Positions 55,888 to 64,000 of a stretch of DNA of 64,000 bases are shown one piece after another; within the stretch, counting starts at the first letter, position 1, and the number at the start of each line of letters is the position of its first letter. Under the pieces are notes generated by a model that had not been told where the DNA came from, did not search any database, and saw only the letters and a list, made by a program, of their open reading frames with translations. Source of the DNA: Verrucomicrobiota bacterium (GTDB lineage Bacteria > Verrucomicrobiota > Lentisphaeria > Lentisphaerales > Lentisphaeraceae); contig JBDKFG010000024.1 of the NCBI GenBank assembly GCA_039798785.1, forward strand, positions 32,001-96,000, written 5' to 3'. Both the position numbers and the translations under genes were made by a program.

Positions 55888-57630
55888 TCATCCCGGCTGC
55901 AGTTCGCTGAGCTTGAGAGTAATCTCGTGCAGGGGCTGGCCTTTCTGGTCGAGGAAGCTGGCGTGCAGAGTCGGATCGGCGCGGCTGTGGTCGATATCGA
56001 TCAGGAGGAAGCTGTGTTTGTGGACGGCGGACCAGAGCAGAGCGGGATGAGAGACGTTGAGGGCGGGGATGACGGAATCATGCATGGGCGAGCTGATGAA
56101 CTGGTACAAGGGGTAGCCGATTTCCTCCCGGCCGTAGCCGAGGAGGCGGCTGACGTGGATGTCGCCGCCGAAGAGGCTGACGCCGCCGATCCTCTCGCGC
56201 CGGATGAAGGCGAGCAGTTCGCGGCGTTCCGCCGGGTAGCTTTCCCAATGATCCTTCTCGGAGCCTTTTTTGTCGTCCCAGATCATCCCGCAGGCGAGGA
56301 TCTTGAAGGATGCGCTCGAGGATTTGAGCCCTTTTTTCAGCCATTCCCATTGCGCCGCGCCGAGCAGGGTTTTCTGCTTCGGATCCACCGGGGACGGCGC
56401 GGTGGAGGAGAAGAATCGGCAATCGAGGAGGAAGATCTCGAGGGGGCCGAGTCGAAGGCTGGAGTAGATTCCTTCCTTGCCGTCGCCGTAGCTGAATTGC
56501 GGCCGGTATTCGGCGAAGACCTGGCGACTGGAGAGACGGGAAGAGAAGCGTCCGTCGGAGTCGTTGAAGCCGAAGTCATGGTCGTCCCAGGTGCCGGCGA
56601 AAGGAATGGCGCCGAAGGCCAGGCGGAAGGGATCGAGAGCGAGGAATTGGCGGTGCGAGTGGCGCATCACCGCCAATTCGGCGTGATCGATGTAGGGGGT
56701 GTCGCCCATCAAGAAGGCGACATCGGGTTTGAGGCCGACGAAGCTATGGAGCACTTCGTGATCGAGGCTGGGGGCGCAGGAGCCGAGGACGATGCGGAGC
56801 TTGCCGCTGTTGTCGGCCGCGGGAGTCTTCAAGTCGCCGCTCTGGCGCGGCAAGCCGGGACCCTGGACTTCATAGCGGTAGAGGCTCGCGGCTTGCAAGC
56901 CTTCGAAGCGCCAGGTGAGTGTGAGGTCGTGTTCACAAAGGGCCTGAAGAGTCTGTTCAGCGACGATTCGACCTGCCGTGTCGATGAGTCGCGCCAGGAA
57001 GGGTCCGGGCTGGCCGGCGCGCAGCCAGAGACAGGCGCCGTCGGGCTTGATCTGGCCGATGTAGGGGCCGAGATGGGTGTCGACCTGGCGCGAGGGCAGG
57101 GCCTGGCCAAGTTCGAGGATCTCTTTCTCGTCGAGGGCGAAAGGCAGGCCGCGCAGGTCACCCGGCTCAAGCTTGTCCCAGACGACTCGGTCGAAGGAGC
57201 GAAGCAAAGGCGAAGCGTGATTGGCGGGGCTGCTGAAGTCCAGTTTGGCGAGCAGCTTCCCGTTGACATGGATCTGCAAGCAGGCCTCCCGGCCTGCGCT
57301 CCGCCAGACCAGGGCGCAGAGGCGCGGCCCCGGCTCCGGCAGGGCGCCACTGACCGGCTTCGAGCTTTGACGGCAGCTCTTGCCCTGCAATTCCACCCGG
57401 TCGGCTGAAAAACGGAGACGGAAGGCCAAGTTGTCCGCGCGGATCTCTCCCGCGTCGCCGGCGGCCAGTCGGAAGACCAGGCTGAATTGCTGAGGGCCGG
57501 AAGCCGGGAAGAAGTCATTCGCGAGCCCGACCGGGGGCTCGGTGGCGGCACCAGGAAGAACGCTGTTGACGGCCAGGCCGACGCCGAGCCCTTGAATCAT
57601 GCTGCGGCGATTTAGGGCGAATTTGTTCAT
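55888..57630 (-). CDS. phoD: PhoD-family alkaline phosphatase with Tat signal
   Basis: NRRSMI Tat motif, GSC, MGDTPY, TWDDHD, LLDCR, GGDIH. Confidence 0.9.
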   Translation of the reverse strand: MNKFALNRRSMIQGLGVGLAVNSVLPGAATEPPVGLANDFFPASGPQQFSLVFRLAAGDAGEIRADNLAFRLRFSADRVELQGKSCRQSSKPVSGALPEPGPRLCALVWRSAGREACLQIHVNGKLLAKLDFSSPANHASPLLRSFDRVVWDKLEPGDLRGLPFALDEKEILELGQALPSRQVDTHLGPYIGQIKPDGACLWLRAGQPGPFLARLIDTAGRIVAEQTLQALCEHDLTLTWRFEGLQAASLYRYEVQGPGLPRQSGDLKTPAADNSGKLRIVLGSCAPSLDHEVLHSFVGLKPDVAFLMGDTPYIDHAELAVMRHSHRQFLALDPFRLAFGAIPFAGTWDDHDFGFNDSDGRFSSRLSSRQVFAEYRPQFSYGDGKEGIYSSLRLGPLEIFLLDCRFFSSTAPSPVDPKQKTLLGAAQWEWLKKGLKSSSASFKILACGMIWDDKKGSEKDHWESYPAERRELLAFIRRERIGGVSLFGGDIHVSRLLGYGREEIGYPLYQFISSPMHDSVIPALNVSHPALLWSAVHKHSFLLIDIDHSRADPTLHASFLDQKGQPLHEITLKLSELQPG

Positions 57631-57806
57631 AGGGGCTCCTGATGGCTTGGATCTGGTCACCGTCGATGACCCTGCCGAGCGCCCGCAAGTTCCCGCTCAT
57701 TGCTAATGGCTTATTAGCCTGGCTGATACCCATGCCAAGGCGCTTCCGAGTTATGGCCTTGGCGACACGCCCTGCCGAGCGTGCTTTCTGCGCTTTTTGC
57801 TGTTCG

Positions 57807-58322
57807 TTATTTCTTTCTGCCGTTGCGCAAGAGTCGAAGCTTGTCGGGATTGCCGCCGGCGGCAAGGAAGACCATTTCGTGCTGTTTCTGCATTTGTTCG
57901 AGCTGATGCTGGATCTGGCAGACGAGGCAGATCAGGGTATTGGCCGCTTCGTCGTCGGTCTTGGTTTCGACGATGGGCAGGAGCTGGGCGAGTCCGAATT
58001 CGGGGCGGGAGCAGGCTTTGCGGGCGTCGCGGGTTTCCTGGGAGTCCTTGTCCCAGTCGAGGAGGCCGTTGCTGCGCAGGAAGTGGCGGAGGACGAGGTT
58101 CACCGCGTCGCCGCGGACGATCGCCTTGTCGCAGAGCGGCAGACGTCCTTCTGGAGTGCCGGCGTCGGTCATTTCGGCGATCCTGTCGTTCAATTCCGAG
58201 CAGTTCTTTTCCATCTCGGCAGCAGCGGGAGCAGCGAGGAAGCGGCGGGAGAAGGCGGCCGCGGCCTTGTCGAGGAGTTGAGCTTTTTCACGGACGGCTT
58301 CGCAGGAAGGGATTGTGGACAT
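57807..58322 (-). CDS. hypothetical protein
   Basis: GGAG RBS before ATG 58322. Coding-like composition. Confidence 0.6.
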   Translation of the reverse strand: MSTIPSCEAVREKAQLLDKAAAAFSRRFLAAPAAAEMEKNCSELNDRIAEMTDAGTPEGRLPLCDKAIVRGDAVNLVLRHFLRSNGLLDWDKDSQETRDARKACSRPEFGLAQLLPIVETKTDDEAANTLICLVCQIQHQLEQMQKQHEMVFLAAGGNPDKLRLLRNGRKK

Positions 58323-58457
58323 GGGGGCTCCGGTTTTGTGGAATCCAAGGTAGCTCGAGATCGATCTCACGTGAAGGCGCGGGGGCGCGAATTTTCGAGC
58401 TGTCCCGCGAAGATGAATTCGAAGTGAATTCAGGATGAAGATGGTGAATCCCCCCGC

Positions 58458-59780
58458 TCAAATCCCCTGGCTCAGCAGCCGCTCCATCTTGGCCAGGAGA
58501 AGCTCGATCGAGGCGAGGTCGACGTCGAGGGGCGGCCGGAGGCGGACGTTGTCGGGTCCGGCGCCGAGCAGGAAGGTGGACTCCTCTTCGAGCATCCGGT
58601 CGAGGAAGCGGTTCTTCATCGCCGGCGAGGCGAAGGAGAAGCCGAGGTAGAGGCCCCAGCCGCGGATGTTGCGGAGGGTGCCGGGATGGCGGCGCTGCAG
58701 TTCCTGAAGTCCCGTGAGGAGCTTGCCGGCTCGTTCCGGCAGGCTCTCCATCAGCTTCTCCTCGCGGATGATCTCGAACTCGCGGACGATCCGGACCATG
58801 TCGACCAGGGGGCCGCCCCAGGTCGAGTCGAGGATGCCGACGTCGTCCATCGAATGGAGCATGTAGACGGCGCCGGTGCCGAACTTCTTGGCAACCGCGA
58901 TGGCTTGGGGCGGATGCGGCAGGTCAAGGAGATCGCAGGCGAAGACGCTGCCGCACTGGCCTCCGGCGGTCTGCACCTCGTCGAAACCGAGGCAGGTCTC
59001 GTGCTCGTGGGCGAGCCGCGACAGCTCCTGGTAGAACTCCTTCGGCGCGAGGCGGTGCCCGCCGGCGCCCTGAAGCGGCTCGAGGATGATCCCGGCGATC
59101 TCGCCGGGATGGCGGCGCAGGCAGTCCTCGACGATCTCGAGGCAGCGGCGGCTGCGCTCCAGGTTCTCCGCTTCGCTGAGGTCGCTGTCGAGCGCCGGGA
59201 AGGGCACCTGCAGATTGCCCGGGACGATGCCGCGGAAGTTCTTGGTGATCATCGGATCGTGGCCAAGCTGGGTGACCCCGAGAGCGAAGACGGTGCGTCC
59301 ATGGAAGGCCTGGTCGAAGTAGATGAAGCGCCGCGCCCCGGGAATCCGCCCCTTCTTCAGGCTCCGCTGGTCATGCAGGTTGAGCAGGTACTTCATCATG
59401 TTCTCCACCGCCTCGGCGCCGGAGTTGACGGCATAGACCTCGACCTTGCCGGCCCGCTTCATGCAGTCCGGCGCCAAGCCGTGGATCAGACGATAGAATT
59501 CCAGGCATTCCGCGGTCAGGAAGTCGGGATTGGCCAGCTTGTTGTTGGCCGCCCGCACCAAGCGCCGGACATAGCCCGGCTCGTAAAGGCCGGGATGATT
59601 GTGGGTCAAAAGCTTGGCGCCGTAATAACCGCCCCAGTCGAACAGCTCCTCGCCGTCCGCCGTCACCAAATACATGCCGTGGCTGCGCTCGAGATCGACG
59701 GTGAAAGGCCAGGGCTCGGCGATGACGTAGCGGCTCAATTCTTCCAGCATGGCTTGGGACTTCGGACCGGGCAGGGACAT
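58458..59780 (-). CDS. class III PLP aminotransferase, L-lysine 6-aminotransferase-like
   Basis: SGAEAVEN, AFHGRT, EPLQGAGG, FDEVQT, AKK, STWGG, RLRPPL. Confidence 0.88.
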   Translation of the reverse strand: MSLPGPKSQAMLEELSRYVIAEPWPFTVDLERSHGMYLVTADGEELFDWGGYYGAKLLTHNHPGLYEPGYVRRLVRAANNKLANPDFLTAECLEFYRLIHGLAPDCMKRAGKVEVYAVNSGAEAVENMMKYLLNLHDQRSLKKGRIPGARRFIYFDQAFHGRTVFALGVTQLGHDPMITKNFRGIVPGNLQVPFPALDSDLSEAENLERSRRCLEIVEDCLRRHPGEIAGIILEPLQGAGGHRLAPKEFYQELSRLAHEHETCLGFDEVQTAGGQCGSVFACDLLDLPHPPQAIAVAKKFGTGAVYMLHSMDDVGILDSTWGGPLVDMVRIVREFEIIREEKLMESLPERAGKLLTGLQELQRRHPGTLRNIRGWGLYLGFSFASPAMKNRFLDRMLEEESTFLLGAGPDNVRLRPPLDVDLASIELLLAKMERLLSQGI

Positions 59781-59941
59781 GGCACAGCTCCTTTTTTACA
59801 TTGTGCACTTGTGTCATAAGTGACTGCGGCGGCGCTGATCCGCAAGGGCGCCGCTCGCAGGATCGCAGGATTTCCGCCGCTGGGATTTCCCCTCCGGGCG
59901 ACTAGGGTGCGGGGCGACAAAAACCCCCGCAGGAACGAGCT

Positions 59942-61123
59942 ATGGATTACTATCAAGACATCTTCTCGAAGCGCCCCTATCTGACCGACTTGCCGATCGA
60001 TCAGGTGCCGAGCCCCGCCTTTGTCATCGATCTTCAAGCCTTGGAGCGCAACCTCACCATCCTCAAGGACGTGCAGGACCGCAGCGGCGCCACCATCCTT
60101 CTCGCCTTGAAGGGCTTTGCCAACTGGTGCACCTTTCCGCTGGTGCGCCGCTACCTGAAGGGCTGCTGCGCCTCGGGCGTCTGGGAGGCCCGACTCGCCA
60201 AGGAAGAGTTCCAGGGCGAGGTGCACACCTTCGCGCCGGCCTTTTCCGACGCCGACATCGCCGAGCTCCTGCCGATCACCGACCACATCGTCTTCAACTC
60301 CTTCCGCCAGCTGCACAAGTATCTGCCCGCGATTCAGGCTTGTGGTCGCCGCATCGACGTCGGCCTGCGCTGCAACCCGGAACACTCCGAGACCGAGGTC
60401 GAAGTCTACAACCCCTGCTCCCCCGGATCGCGCCTCGGCATCCGGCTCGAAGAGTTCGACGGCCAGTCGCTCGAAGGCGTCACCGGCCTCCACTTCCACA
60501 CTCTCTGCCAGAAAGGCTCCGACGCCCTCTGGCGCACCGCCATGGCCTTCGACGCCCGCTTCGGCAAATACCTGAAAAACATGAAGTGGATCAACTTCGG
60601 CGGCGGCCACCACATCACCCAGCCGGACTACGACATCGAGCTGCTGATCAAGACGATCCAGTTCTTCCAGGACAAATACGGTCTCAAGGTCTACCTCGAG
60701 CCGGGCGAAGCGATCGGGATCAACACCGGCTCGCTGGTCACCACGGTGCAAGAGGTCGTCGGCCGCGAGATCAAGTCGGCAATCGTCGACGTCTCCGCCA
60801 CCTGCCACATGCCAGACGTCCTCGAAATGCCTTACCGCCCCGAGATCCGCGGCGCCGGCCTGCCCGGCGAAAAAGCCTTCACCTACCGCTTCGGCGGCCC
60901 CTCCTGCCTTGCCGGCGACGTCATCGGCGAATACTCCTTCGAGCAGCCGCTGCAGCCCGGCCAGCGCCTGCTCTTCGACGACATGACCCATTACACCATG
61001 GTCAAGACCTCGACCTTCAACGGCATCAAGCACCCCGCCATCTGCACTTGGGATGCCGCTGCGAAAAAGCTTGAAGTCGTCCGTCAATTCACCTACCAGG
61101 ATTACCGAAACCGCCTGTCTTGA
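59942..61123 (+). CDS. nspC: carboxynorspermidine decarboxylase
   Basis: LALKGF, GLRCNPE, YNPC..GSRLG, GLHFH, NFGGGHH, LEPGEA, HMPDVLEMPY, SCLAGD, HYTMVK..FNG. Confidence 0.95.
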   Translation: MDYYQDIFSKRPYLTDLPIDQVPSPAFVIDLQALERNLTILKDVQDRSGATILLALKGFANWCTFPLVRRYLKGCCASGVWEARLAKEEFQGEVHTFAPAFSDADIAELLPITDHIVFNSFRQLHKYLPAIQACGRRIDVGLRCNPEHSETEVEVYNPCSPGSRLGIRLEEFDGQSLEGVTGLHFHTLCQKGSDALWRTAMAFDARFGKYLKNMKWINFGGGHHITQPDYDIELLIKTIQFFQDKYGLKVYLEPGEAIGINTGSLVTTVQEVVGREIKSAIVDVSATCHMPDVLEMPYRPEIRGAGLPGEKAFTYRFGGPSCLAGDVIGEYSFEQPLQPGQRLLFDDMTHYTMVKTSTFNGIKHPAICTWDAAAKKLEVVRQFTYQDYRNRLS

Positions 61124-61147
61124 ATCCCCCAACCTAGGAGTCCTTCC

Positions 61148-62062
61148 ATGCTCAGTCTCTTCTCCGGCCTCTTGCTCTCGGCTCAACTCTGCCAGGCTCC
61201 CGCTCCGGCCCCGGCTGCCCCTAGCGCCGAAGACATCCAGAAGATGGTCGACCAGGCCGTCGAGGCCCGACTCGCCAAGCTCAAGGCCGAGCTGATCGCC
61301 GAGCTGGGCAAAGGAGGAGGAGGCGCCGCCGTCGCCATGATCAACGTCGAATACAAAATCCTCGACATCGACGGCAAGCCGGTGCCCGACAAGGAATTCG
61401 CCATCGTCAAGATGGACCGCAAGACCCAGTCCCAGACCGTCCTCGCCGAAGGCAAGACCGACGCCAATGGACTGATCAAAGTCGATCAGAAGATCTCCGC
61501 CACCGAATCCGCCCTCCTCGTCGTCGACGGCGAGGCCCGCGTCCGCGTCCTCGGCCGCAAAGCGGTCGACGGACTGATCAAAGATGAAGTCGTCCTCACC
61601 CCGCCGCCGCCGAAAGTCGGCGATCAGGCCCCCGACATCGCCTTGATCGACCCCGCCACTCAGGCCAAGGTCAAGCTCTCCGAATACAAGGGCCAGGTCG
61701 TCTTCCTGGACTTCTGGACCACCTGGTGCCCCCCTTGCCAGGGCGTGATGAAGCACAACGATGAAATCATGCGCAAGAACGATGCTGCCTGGAAGGGCAA
61801 AGCCGTCATACTCGGCATCAGCTGCGACGACAAGGGCGAAACCCTGGTCGAGCATATCAAGAAGACTGGATGGACCGGCCTTCCCCAGCTCTGGGCGCCG
61901 CCTGACGCCAAGGGCAACCAGCTTGCGCCGACGCTCTATGGCATCAGCGGCTTCCCCACCGGCTTCCTGATCGACCAGAACGGCAAGGTCGTCTGGACCG
62001 GCCACCCGGCCACGACCGACGTCGAAGCCGAGATTAACAAGCTCCTCGCTCCGAAGAGCTGA
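61148..62062 (+). CDS. exported TlpA/ResA-like thiol:disulfide oxidoreductase
   Basis: Signal peptide, VGDQAPD, LDFWTTWCPPC, YGISGFPT.FLID. Confidence 0.9.
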   Translation: MLSLFSGLLLSAQLCQAPAPAPAAPSAEDIQKMVDQAVEARLAKLKAELIAELGKGGGGAAVAMINVEYKILDIDGKPVPDKEFAIVKMDRKTQSQTVLAEGKTDANGLIKVDQKISATESALLVVDGEARVRVLGRKAVDGLIKDEVVLTPPPPKVGDQAPDIALIDPATQAKVKLSEYKGQVVFLDFWTTWCPPCQGVMKHNDEIMRKNDAAWKGKAVILGISCDDKGETLVEHIKKTGWTGLPQLWAPPDAKGNQLAPTLYGISGFPTGFLIDQNGKVVWTGHPATTDVEAEINKLLAPKS

Positions 62063-62174
62063 AATCCCTGAGCCGTCCTCAGCCAAGACGCCGCAGTCCC
62101 CTGCGGCGCCTTTCCTTTCCTCTCCGTCTCGCCCCCACCCCATAAGCCCCGGGCGAATGGAGCTTGGCATTTTT

Positions 62175-63998
62175 TCACCGCTCCATTTCCAGTCCTTCCC
62201 ATTTCTCCGCTTCCTCGGGATGCGTCGCCCGCAGCACCTGCAGCGGCCCTTCGTGAAGAATTCGCCTCCCTGAACTGTCCTTGCCGACGCAGGACGATTT
62301 CAGCCGTTCGAGAGGCTCGCGCTTCGATTGCCGCTCCCACCAGGCCGCCAGGGAAGCGTCGTCCCACTTCTCGGGCGCCTGGCTGCCGCAGATGATGGCG
62401 ATCATCTCCCGGGCCAGTTCGCCGACACCGAGCAGCCTTTCGCTGCGGCGCATGACCGCTCCTTCCAACTGAGCACTGGGGCGAGGATCCCCGGCCAGAC
62501 GTAAAAGCTCGGGAATGGCGGCGTAGCTCTTCATCGCCAGCTCGCCCGCCGGCTGCCTCCACCTCTTCACCGAAGGCGCCAATTCGCCCCAGTCCTCCCC
62601 GCCATCGAAACAGCCTACACACCTCGAGTTGAAGGGAAGGCTGCGGCGCGACCAGATCAAGAGGAGATCCTCGACCGAACCCGGCTCCGGCACCTTCGCC
62701 GTCGCGGCGGCCTTCACCGCGGCGAAACGCAAGTCGAATGCGTCCGTCACCAGCTCCGGAAAATCACCCTGCCACAAGCTCATTTGCGCAAGCTGCTTGA
62801 CCCAGTCGACCTGCTCATCCTTGAGCTTCAGCTCGAGAATCTCGAGGAGCTCGATCGCCAAGGCTTTTTTATCCCGATCAATGCCTTCATCCCAGCGCTC
62901 GATGACGCTCTCGATCACATCGTTCTTCCAGCCATCTCTCCAATGGCGTTGGAAACCCGCTTGGTTTGTCGCCATCTGCTTGGCCAATTCCGCTCCGCCA
63001 TAGCGGTAGGCGAGCGCGAGATTCAGATAGCCCATCTTGGAGTTCCTGAGATCCGCCGGCTTCCCAGCCGGGACTTCCTGCCAGCTCAATTCTGCGATCC
63101 GTCCGTCGCGCCAGACTCGCCCCTTGCCGGGACGGGTTTCAGCGATCAGGAAGGCCGGGCACAAGCCATCCAAAAGGGTCCCCGATTCCAGTCCGTTGGC
63201 CGCTTCCTCCTGCTCCACCAGCACCAGCCGGGCTTGCGCCGGCAATTGGGCAAAATCGTAGCGGCGGACGATGGCGCTCCAACTTTCGATCTCCTCTGCG
63301 CTCGGAGGCGGAAGGGATGCCAGCTGCACTGCCTTCACCGAGGGAAGAAAGTTCCAGCAAAGATTGAGATTCCACACCATCTGTGCGGTGAGCGCAAGAT
63401 CCGCTTCATTCGGATCCCTGGGAAAGCCGAGAGAGTGACTGGCAAAGTCCCGACTTGACCAATGCCCCTCGGGCCGGCGGAGGCGGCGCAAGGGCCCCTC
63501 CAGGCCCTGGCGCCAAGCTTGCCCCAGCTCGCCCCCGGCGAGATGGGCGGCGAGGAATTGCTGGCTTCGCAAATCCAGATCGGCTCCCGGCAGCGCCGGG
63601 CCTTTCCGGATCAGCTCAAGGAGCTCCTTTTCCAATTCCCGGCAGCGGGCTTCCTGGCGCGCCTCCAGCAAGGAATAAAGCGTCAACTCGACCGCCTTGC
63701 CCAGCTCGCTGAGCCGCCGGGCCCGCTTCATTTTCGGCAGATGCGCAGCGAGTGCCTTGCCGGCGGTTTCGCCGCCTGGACCGACGACTTGCTCGATGGT
63801 CAAATCAACACCCCCCACCTTGGCCGCCTTCAAGGCTAGGACGCAGCGGGATTCGAGGATCAGGGAGGCGGGGGTCTCGACGCTGAAATCCGCCGCCGCG
63901 AAGTGCCGGGCCAGGTGCTGCGTCAAGGCCATCACGACTTCCTCGCAAAGATAATCGCCGCTCATCGAGTAGTGCTCGGCCAGGGCGTGAAGCAGAAG
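62175..63998 (-). CDS. hypothetical protein, 5'-truncated by the window edge. The visible N-terminal part resembles a degenerate prenyltransferase/squalene-cyclase alpha-alpha repeat
   Basis: The frame stays open to the window end (LLLHALAEHYSMSGD...RRPEGHW...LNLCWNFLP). Confidence 0.55.
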   Translation of the reverse strand, partial: LLLHALAEHYSMSGDYLCEEVVMALTQHLARHFAAADFSVETPASLILESRCVLALKAAKVGGVDLTIEQVVGPGGETAGKALAAHLPKMKRARRLSELGKAVELTLYSLLEARQEARCRELEKELLELIRKGPALPGADLDLRSQQFLAAHLAGGELGQAWRQGLEGPLRRLRRPEGHWSSRDFASHSLGFPRDPNEADLALTAQMVWNLNLCWNFLPSVKAVQLASLPPPSAEEIESWSAIVRRYDFAQLPAQARLVLVEQEEAANGLESGTLLDGLCPAFLIAETRPGKGRVWRDGRIAELSWQEVPAGKPADLRNSKMGYLNLALAYRYGGAELAKQMATNQAGFQRHWRDGWKNDVIESVIERWDEGIDRDKKALAIELLEILELKLKDEQVDWVKQLAQMSLWQGDFPELVTDAFDLRFAAVKAAATAKVPEPGSVEDLLLIWSRRSLPFNSRCVGCFDGGEDWGELAPSVKRWRQPAGELAMKSYAAIPELLRLAGDPRPSAQLEGAVMRRSERLLGVGELAREMIAIICGSQAPEKWDDASLAAWWERQSKREPLERLKSSCVGKDSSGRRILHEGPLQVLRATHPEEAEKWEGLEMER

Positions 63999-64000
63999 CG

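Noticed and set aside
57695..57740. Fluoride-riboswitch-like hairpins upstream of phoD
   Set aside because: Lacks the GAUGG/CUCC pseudoknot pairing, and the downstream gene is not a typical target.
59735..62170. Long antisense ORFs (e.g. 811 aa here, 715 aa at 42288, 663 aa at 55417, 611 aa at 26291)
   Set aside because: They are mirror frames of well-supported genes, expected with high GC3 codon bias, and carry no motifs.

Overview
GC-rich bacterial chromosome segment. The likely source is the PVC superphylum, probably Lentisphaerota-like. This is inferred from three stand-alone prepilin-type N-terminal-cleavage genes, zinc-ribbon and LRR Ser/Thr kinases and GntR/LacI hybrid regulators, and no search was run. 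Housekeeping content: dctA 3' end, tsaD, rpsT-rpsB-tsf-pyrH, 2-oxoacid:ferredoxin oxidoreductase, hpf, larE, nspC, phoD. Accessory modules: (i) an hscC / J-domain / Pro-Tyr-repeat operon; (ii) an isolated fliC-fliD pair with a sigma28 promoter and CsrA-like leader for fliC, and sigma54 promoters for fliD and for an adjacent ankyrin plus sensor-less sigma54 activator pair; (iii) an IclR-controlled L-fucose locus (SSS transporter, GH95, GH29, lipoprotein mutarotase, SDR, fuconate dehydratase); (iv) a DUF1517 / DUF350 / GspS-like ATP-grasp / Ser-rich-tail operon. The intergenic DNA is unusually structured. It holds a dispersed TCTTGAA-heptamer inverted-repeat element that ends in a shared RBS+ATG in front of unrelated genes, several MITEs (two with clean target-site duplications), a nested REP doublet, a 5'-only group II intron remnant and a candidate ~92-nt small RNA. 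No CRISPR array, rRNA, tRNA, transposase or reverse transcriptase was seen.
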